Shown: positions 58,186 through 64,000 of the stretch, piece by piece
Layout of the letters: each line of letters begins with the position of its first letter
Numbering within the stretch: the first letter of the stretch is position 1
Origin: a virus
Lineage: Duplodnaviria > Heunggongvirae > Uroviricota > Caudoviricetes
Direction: 5' to 3' (one strand)
Virus record (IMG/VR): IMGVR_UViG_2681813318_000003
DNA: 64,000 nt
Translations under genes and position numbers: made by a program
Notes under the pieces: model-generated
What the model saw: only the letters and a program-made list of their open reading frames with translations
Told to the model about the DNA's origin: nothing
Database searches by the model: none

Positions 58186-58431
58186 TCATCGACTCAGTTC
58201 AGGTGCCCCCCACTCACACAGCCTTTCACCTATCGTATTGTGGATAAGCAACTGTCGCTCCGTTTCCTCAGTCATAAAATCCTCTCTACTCACATAGATA
58301 GGATTTGCAGCATCGCAGAATAGCACGCCTGGAGCCTGCGTCTTAATCACGCACCCATTTATCAAACAGCTCGCGATGAACACCAGAGGCATCTTTTTGC
58401 CGCACTTCATTAACCGTTTCATTTTTGACAT
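58186..58431 (-). CDS. putative outer-membrane spanin-like lipoprotein (Rz1-like), start uncertain
   Basis: Alternate-frame ORF starting inside the Rz-like gene and extending past it; lipobox-like FIASC. Confidence 0.35.
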   Translation of the reverse strand: MSKMKRLMKCGKKMPLVFIASCLINGCVIKTQAPGVLFCDAANPIYVSREDFMTEETERQLLIHNTIGERLCEWGAPELSR

Positions 58432-58594
58432 CCACTGTGCTTTGAAGTCGTTTTCTGTCTTCCTGTTTTGCCTTCTCTTCCATTGCTCGTCGCGCCGCAT
58501 TCCCGCCCATCGTGTAAGCGCCGACCAGAACGAAAAGAACGGCAGCCAGCGTAATCAAAGCAACTTTTAGCTTTGTCATCAGGCTGCCTAGCAT
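58343..58594 (-). CDS. putative inner-membrane spanin-like protein (Rz-like)
   Basis: N-terminal TM followed by a charged helical domain; overlapped by the lipoprotein ORF. Confidence 0.4.
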   Translation of the reverse strand: MLGSLMTKLKVALITLAAVLFVLVGAYTMGGNAARRAMEEKAKQEDRKRLQSTVDVKNETVNEVRQKDASGVHRELFDKWVRD

Positions 58595-58595
58595 A

Positions 58596-59315
58596 TTAGA
58601 CCATCCCTTTCTGGTGTTTTCTTACCTGCGACCAGGCAATGAATCCTGCCACAACAATAGTGGCAATACCGAAGATGATGCGTACTGTATCCCCGCTAGA
58701 GATATGACCTTGTGCTTTATCCATAGCAGCGGAAACCTGTGGCATAACATCGGCCAGCTGTGCCAGACCAATACCTGCTGTAACAGTTGCGCCTGCGGTT
58801 TCTTTAGTTACAGGAACAGCCTTCACGGTTTTCACCGGCTTAACGACGCCAGCTCGACGCAGACCTTCCTCAATAACTTCTGCCGCATACCAGGTGTTCA
58901 GCGTTTTTAGCGGACCTCGCCCATTCTCATGGCGAATGATTGCCTCAACCAAAGGTCGAAGGATGTCGTAATCATGCAGATCGATGATCATGTCTGCGGT
59001 TACACCAACGGCTTTAGACACCTCATTAATGTAGGCGTCAGTGTTGTTTTCATTCGGCGGTGCCCAACGTTCAATAACTTCACGAATGGTATCGATACTT
59101 GAGCCGTCTTTTGCGCGACGTTTGTCGTGGTAGGTAATTAGAGTCACCGCCAGCGCACGAATCCCCCAAACAGGGTCTTTAAACGTGCAAAAGCGCGGTT
59201 CGTCTGGATTCGCAACCAGACCTTGCCACGGTGATCCTTTATCAAGATTACCGGGGTTATTATTACGAATGCCTCTCGGAGTCTTCATCCTTGATCTCCT
59301 GTTATTGCAGTCCAT
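58596..59315 (-). CDS. hypothetical lysis-associated protein (candidate cell-wall hydrolase with C-terminal TM anchor)
   Basis: 239 aa; N-terminal soluble domain (GIRNNNPGNL...), Lys/Val/Thr linker and C-terminal TM; sits between a holin-like and spanin-like genes. Confidence 0.3.
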   Translation of the reverse strand: MDCNNRRSRMKTPRGIRNNNPGNLDKGSPWQGLVANPDEPRFCTFKDPVWGIRALAVTLITYHDKRRAKDGSSIDTIREVIERWAPPNENNTDAYINEVSKAVGVTADMIIDLHDYDILRPLVEAIIRHENGRGPLKTLNTWYAAEVIEEGLRRAGVVKPVKTVKAVPVTKETAGATVTAGIGLAQLADVMPQVSAAMDKAQGHISSGDTVRIIFGIATIVVAGFIAWSQVRKHQKGMV

Positions 59316-59637
59316 TTTTTACGCCATACGCGGCTAACCCCAAAAGCAGTGCAGTAATAATGAACGACGTTATTTTAGAAACAATGCCGCCAAAGAACCC
59401 ACTGGAGATGGAATCTAACCGGTTAAGGAGTTTGTCCAGATTGGAGTGTTGAATACTATGTTGCGCCGGGGTCATATCACCAAAGTAGGTTTTCAGCTGA
59501 TCATTGACCTCCTGGCCAATTTCTTCACGTAGCTCTTTGCCTAATTTGCCAACAACCTCCCGAGCAACGATCGCGGCAATACGCTCAACTTGCTCTGTTG
59601 TAACGCCCGCCATCTCGTTCGACATATTTTCCTCCAT
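59302..59637 (-). CDS. small membrane protein (holin-like candidate)
   Basis: 111 aa with a C-terminal TM (ITSFIITALLLGLAAYGV). Confidence 0.35.
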   Translation of the reverse strand: MEENMSNEMAGVTTEQVERIAAIVAREVVGKLGKELREEIGQEVNDQLKTYFGDMTPAQHSIQHSNLDKLLNRLDSISSGFFGGIVSKITSFIITALLLGLAAYGVKNGLQ

Positions 59638-59706
59638 GAAAAGTCAAATCGGGATGGCGGATTTATATCACATTTCACCCTTTTGTTGTAGGTGTGTGCT
59701 TACCTA

Positions 59707-59937
59707 TCATTCAGCATTGCAACGGACTGATGAGAAAGCACCTACTCCAACCCATCGCCAGTTATAGATGCTACCCGCTTTGTATAAGGTATAGTCGTTC
59801 ACTTTTTTAACAGCATATATGGGTATGACTGTCTCCTGTCCACCAATGCTAGCCTCACCATAACATATAGGTGTCGGCAATTTCTGGCAGCCAGTAAGAG
59901 AGAGAACAACAGCTATTGTTAGAAATAATCTTTTCAT
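59707..59937 (-). CDS. small lipoprotein
   Basis: Lipobox LSLTGC; 76-aa precursor; directly downstream of the tail-fibre genes. Confidence 0.6.
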   Translation of the reverse strand: MKRLFLTIAVVLSLTGCQKLPTPICYGEASIGGQETVIPIYAVKKVNDYTLYKAGSIYNWRWVGVGAFSSVRCNAE

Positions 59938-59947
59938 CGTTTACTCA

Positions 59948-60556
59948 TCAGTTATACAGATTTCTATTTATTACCGGTACTCTGCCATTTACACTAAAAC
60001 TATGGCCGCCATTAAGTTGGTTTACGAATATAGAGCTAACAGTATTTCCATATGCCGCATATCCATAAACCATTGTCATGGCCCCGCCCGGTACTGGAAC
60101 CGCGAACACATTTGCATATGTTGGGATTATCGCTGGCGGGTAATCAAAAACATGCCCTCCAGAACTGTTCCACTCCGTATTATTAAGAAAGGTAAATGAA
60201 AGTGGGATATTTGCCGTATTATAGATTTCCTCCCCTTGTGCATTGAAAAAACTCATGCCCCAAGTTTCTTTTTTGGCTATACCTTTCGAAAATACGTATA
60301 TCGTGGCACTAGAGTCGCTACCCTGACCTCCGAAACTGTAAATCACCTGGTTGTTACGCACTATTCTGTTGGCTATTAATGAAACAGCTTTCGAATAGGC
60401 AACAAAAATCATCGGTGAACGATCTGGAGATATTTGGGTGTTAAACTCTGTCCCGCCAGACAAAGAAACAACCTGCTTTCTCTGAAAAACGATAGGAGAC
60501 AAAGAAGGAGACATCCAGACCTTCCCGTCAGATCGATATATCTTGCTTCCGTACAT
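59948..60556 (-). CDS. hypothetical protein (tail-fibre-associated)
   Basis: 202-aa ORF, Gly/Ser/Asn-rich. Confidence 0.5.
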   Translation of the reverse strand: MYGSKIYRSDGKVWMSPSLSPIVFQRKQVVSLSGGTEFNTQISPDRSPMIFVAYSKAVSLIANRIVRNNQVIYSFGGQGSDSSATIYVFSKGIAKKETWGMSFFNAQGEEIYNTANIPLSFTFLNNTEWNSSGGHVFDYPPAIIPTYANVFAVPVPGGAMTMVYGYAAYGNTVSSIFVNQLNGGHSFSVNGRVPVINRNLYN

Positions 60557-60810
60557 TATTTTTGAAAAACCAATATGTTTAAATTGCCACTAGCTCCAGA
60601 CCATGAAATGGTATTTCCAGAAACCGTAAGACTTGTGTATTTCCCATTGGTTACGTCCATTATGTAATAGTCGATTCCCAATCCCGCCTCAACCTCATAT
60701 GTTCTACTTCCAGAACCAGAGGGAGTAAAATAATCGAGGTAATAAACAGGGGCCAACGCATCGACCATCTCCTGTCTTGATGGCGACCATACCTGTGCAC
60801 CATAGCTCAT
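60556..60810 (-). CDS. hypothetical protein (tail-fibre-associated)
   Basis: 84-aa ORF translationally coupled to the next gene. Confidence 0.45.
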   Translation of the reverse strand: MSYGAQVWSPSRQEMVDALAPVYYLDYFTPSGSGSRTYEVEAGLGIDYYIMDVTNGKYTSLTVSGNTISWSGASGNLNILVFQK

Positions 60811-60870
60811 AAATATATCCTTATACTTTTAAGCAGGGGCTGGTTTAGTTCCAGCCCCGATTGAAGTTGT

Positions 60871-63800
60871 TTATTCTTTAGGTGAATTTAACTTCGTTTC
60901 AAGCTCCTCAACCCTTTTGGTCAATTGCTGAATATGATGAATGAGTGGTACAACCAAACGCTCATACATCACCCCTTCAGCGACCATACCATTTGAGGAA
61001 ATATCTTCTGGAGAATCATTATTTGTTGGTTCACGCCAATGGACATATTGCGGGGCAATCTCACCTACCTCTTCAGCAATAAGGCCGTAATACCCCCAAT
61101 CCTTTCGGTCACCTCGACAAATTGAACGATACCAAACAGGTCTTAATGACAAAAGTTCATCAGCATATCGATCTTGTAATGTTTCAATATCCTTTTTATA
61201 GCGCCTTGAAGATGTTGAACGCCAAACTGTATTGATACCTGGGTTTGGATCAATGTACATATTGGCACCGCTAGTAGTTGTGCCAATATCCCATATAGCA
61301 AACCCTCCACTACCGCCTGATTTGACAACCAGTGTTTCAGCAATAATATCCAGGTTGCCACTATAGCCTGTCAGTGATGATCTGCTTGCATAGGAACTTA
61401 GAAGGTTTGTTACCTCTGTTTTCGTGTAAGCATTAAGGTTAGCCGCAGTCAAAGTAATATCGGCAGAGCCATCAAACGCCACACCAGCAATTTTCCTTGC
61501 TGTCTGCAATTTTGTGGCTGTTGCGGCATTACCAGTAGTATTCTGATTACCGGTTGTATTCACACCAGGGATTGAATCCTTAGCAGTATATACCTGCGCC
61601 CACGCTGACCATGCCGCATCTGTGGTATCTCTTCGTGAGCGAATGAAAACTGGCGCATGTGCACCGCTCGTACCACTCCAGCCAATAAGCAACTCGCCCT
61701 CACCAGCAGCACTCGCACCTTTCATGTGCAATACGTTGCCATACGTGGTCGGATAGCTATTGTTGTACGCCTCGTACATTTGAATGCCAGCAGTGCCTTG
61801 AGTAGAGCCGCTTAATGCCGTAACTCGGCCACGAGATACCAGTGTATTAATGTTGATATCGCCTGAGCCATCAAACTTAACACCATTGATGTTTCTCGCT
61901 GTTTGCAACTTCGTAGCTGTTGAAGCATTACCGTTCAAACTACCATTTACGCCACCAGTCACATTTAGTCCATTACCAATTGATACCGCACCGCTGGTAT
62001 TATTAATTGTAATAGGTCGCAAACCGTTCCATGAACCTAATGTGTCTCCTGATGCTGTTAGCATGAAATATGTGTTCGATCCATCATTACGGATAAAGAA
62101 CCCAAAGCTACCGTAAGCAATGCGGAAACCATTTGCATATTTTGAAATGATCTCACCAGAAGACGTTAATCCGCCAGTTAACGCTCCTCCAGATAGTGGT
62201 AAAGCTCCGACATCAGCCGCAGTAGGCTTGTTTTTAGTGTTATACGCTCTGCGCCATCCTGGTGAATAGCTCGTCCCGTTAAATACATAGATAAACTCCG
62301 CATTAGTGAGAGCACCAGAGACACTCGTCGTTGTGGCCGTTGTTATACGGATCGTATAATTGTTTGAGCTACTACCGTTATTAAATACCTCTATAACAGC
62401 TCCTGCTAATGGAATAACGCCACAACCAGTTTCACTATTTGGTATGGTTGCACTATTGGCATAGGCCCACGCACATCGAGCAATCCATGACTTTGTGTTA
62501 AATGCTCCATTATTTTGCAATAACGTCACTAACTGTGCTGTTGTTATTGCTCCGCCATTACTTCCTGTAGTTAACCAACCAGTAGGAGATGCCGGGCAAC
62601 CTATATTTGCTGGCGACAAGGAAATATTTGCCGAGCCGTCAAACGACACCCCATTGATAGTACGCGCAGTCTGCAACTTCGTAGCAGTAGCCGCGTTGCC
62701 CGTTGTATTCTGATTACCAGTCGTATTAACACCTGGCAAATTAATATTCGCAGTACCATCAAAGCTCACGCCGCCGATAGTTCTTGCCGTCTGAAGTTTT
62801 GTAGCAGTTGCAGCATTACCAGTGGTGTTCTGATTACCCGTAGTATTTACACCTGGAAGGTTGATATTTGCAGAACCGTCGAAACCAACTCCACCGATAG
62901 ATCTTGCCGTCTGCAATTTCGTTGCTGTACTTGCATTACCATTTAATGTTCCGGTGATCCCACCAGTAACAGACAACGGACCTGAAACTGTTCCTCCGGT
63001 TGTTGGCAGTGCTCCAATATCTAACGGCGTCGGTTTCTGATGTGTGCTATACATCGTATAAACAACACCATCGGTAACGCTGGAAGGCTTACTAGCTGAA
63101 TATGTTGGCGATGTATAAATAGAAACTGTCGCATTTGCAGTACAATCCCAATGGATATTTACACGAGTCGCATAATTGCCAATCTCAACGTAAATATCAT
63201 ATGTATCGCCGGATGTGTTGATCCAGGCGAAATTCGTTAATCCGACAGCTGTACGCTTCCACAAAGCACCTGTAATCCCTTTGGGGTTTCCATTGCCTGC
63301 TCGTAGAACCAGTTCTGAAATGCCTGCCTGATGTGGGGAGCCGACGTTGTAACCAGCGCCACCAATCAATGCGATGTAAACGATGGAACTCGCTTGTGGC
63401 ATTGTAACAGTAGCCAGTTTGAACCACCCGGCCCCGCCAGAGAAAGACATCGTTATTGAATTTAAAGTACCAATATCTTTCGGCGTTAATGTGATATCCG
63501 CAGTCAGTGCTTTCCCGTTAATTTTTCGGTTAGATGGCACCCTGCTGTTCGCATTGTCATTGACTACTTTAACTGCTTTTGGCGTTGCGGCCAGCGATTC
63601 ACTGGTGCTGTCGACAGCACTGCTAAGTTTCACAACACCTTTAGTTGTAAGGCTTGCGTCTTCCATCGCAACTGCACCGGCAATCTCTTCAGCACGATCA
63701 GCAGCAGCTTCCGCACGGGTCGCAGCGGATTCAGCAGCAGTTTTGCTCTGAGATGCTGCCGTCGCACTGCCTGCCGCCTCTGTTGCTTTCGTGGATGCCG

Positions 63801-64000
63801 TCGTGGCGCTGCCCTTCGCTGCTGACGCCTGTCTGGTCGCCTCATCTTTTGAAGCAGACGCAGATGATGCCGATGACGCTGCCGAACTGGCGGATGATGC
63901 GGCTGCCGTTTTTGAGGATTCTGCACGGGTTTCCGACGCTTTCGCGTTCGTTTCGGATGTCTTCGCTGCGGAAGCAGACCTCGCTGCTGCGCTGGCCTGT
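60871..64000 (-). CDS. tail fibre protein with C-terminal intramolecular chaperone (peptidase S74-like) domain; partial, N-terminus beyond window end
   Basis: Frame stays open upstream of the track ATG at 63666 through an Ala/Ser-rich region to position 64000; internal ~40-aa repeats (GNAATATKLQTAR...FDGSANI); C-terminal ...SSRRYKKDIETL... chaperone-like domain. Confidence 0.8.
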   Translation of the reverse strand, partial: QASAAARSASAAKTSETNAKASETRAESSKTAAASSASSAASSASSASASKDEATRQASAAKGSATTASTKATEAAGSATAASQSKTAAESAATRAEAAADRAEEIAGAVAMEDASLTTKGVVKLSSAVDSTSESLAATPKAVKVVNDNANSRVPSNRKINGKALTADITLTPKDIGTLNSITMSFSGGAGWFKLATVTMPQASSIVYIALIGGAGYNVGSPHQAGISELVLRAGNGNPKGITGALWKRTAVGLTNFAWINTSGDTYDIYVEIGNYATRVNIHWDCTANATVSIYTSPTYSASKPSSVTDGVVYTMYSTHQKPTPLDIGALPTTGGTVSGPLSVTGGITGTLNGNASTATKLQTARSIGGVGFDGSANINLPGVNTTGNQNTTGNAATATKLQTARTIGGVSFDGTANINLPGVNTTGNQNTTGNAATATKLQTARTINGVSFDGSANISLSPANIGCPASPTGWLTTGSNGGAITTAQLVTLLQNNGAFNTKSWIARCAWAYANSATIPNSETGCGVIPLAGAVIEVFNNGSSSNNYTIRITTATTTSVSGALTNAEFIYVFNGTSYSPGWRRAYNTKNKPTAADVGALPLSGGALTGGLTSSGEIISKYANGFRIAYGSFGFFIRNDGSNTYFMLTASGDTLGSWNGLRPITINNTSGAVSIGNGLNVTGGVNGSLNGNASTATKLQTARNINGVKFDGSGDININTLVSRGRVTALSGSTQGTAGIQMYEAYNNSYPTTYGNVLHMKGASAAGEGELLIGWSGTSGAHAPVFIRSRRDTTDAAWSAWAQVYTAKDSIPGVNTTGNQNTTGNAATATKLQTARKIAGVAFDGSADITLTAANLNAYTKTEVTNLLSSYASRSSLTGYSGNLDIIAETLVVKSGGSGGFAIWDIGTTTSGANMYIDPNPGINTVWRSTSSRRYKKDIETLQDRYADELLSLRPVWYRSICRGDRKDWGYYGLIAEEVGEIAPQYVHWREPTNNDSPEDISSNGMVAEGVMYERLVVPLIHHIQQLTKRVEELETKLNSPKE

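Noticed and set aside
63630-63926. Arg-rich 98-aa ORF
   Set aside because: Alternate frame of the Ala/Ser-rich tail-fibre N-terminal region; low-complexity artefact.
1-64000. T5-like lytic phage identity
   Set aside because: The tRNAs, SbcCD, flap endonuclease, RNase H and S74-type fibre first suggested T5, but the DnaE-type polymerase, ATP-dependent ligase, iteron repA, parA and tyrosine recombinase fit a phage-plasmid better.

Overview
This 64-kb window is a gene-dense segment of a large phage-like replicon; I infer a phage-plasmid (SSU5/pHCM2-like), but could not confirm that by search. Almost all genes are on the minus strand and form long operons. Recognisable modules are: nucleotide metabolism (nrdA, nrdB, thymidylate synthase, DHFR, a P-loop kinase, glutaredoxin); replication and recombination (DnaE-type polymerase, DnaB-like helicase, DnaG-like primase, RecA-like recombinase, flap endonuclease, SSB-like protein, ATP-dependent ligase, RNase H, DnaQ-like exonuclease, SbcCD-like nuclease, RuvC-like resolvase); a plasmid-type maintenance set (iteron-flanked repA with DnaA boxes and a GATC cluster, parA plus a small partner, a tyrosine recombinase beside a loxP/dif-like inverted repeat); two adenine methyltransferases; a CobS-like AAA+ and VWA pair; four tRNA genes embedded in long palindromic hairpins; a candidate lysis cassette; and the 3' part of a tail-fibre gene running off the right edge. 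Plus-strand genes are isolated, often AT-rich inserts with their own terminators. Several palindromic motifs recur at gene junctions. Gene starts were taken from the ORF track and adjusted only where I re-read the sequence; product calls come from motif recognition by eye, with no database search.
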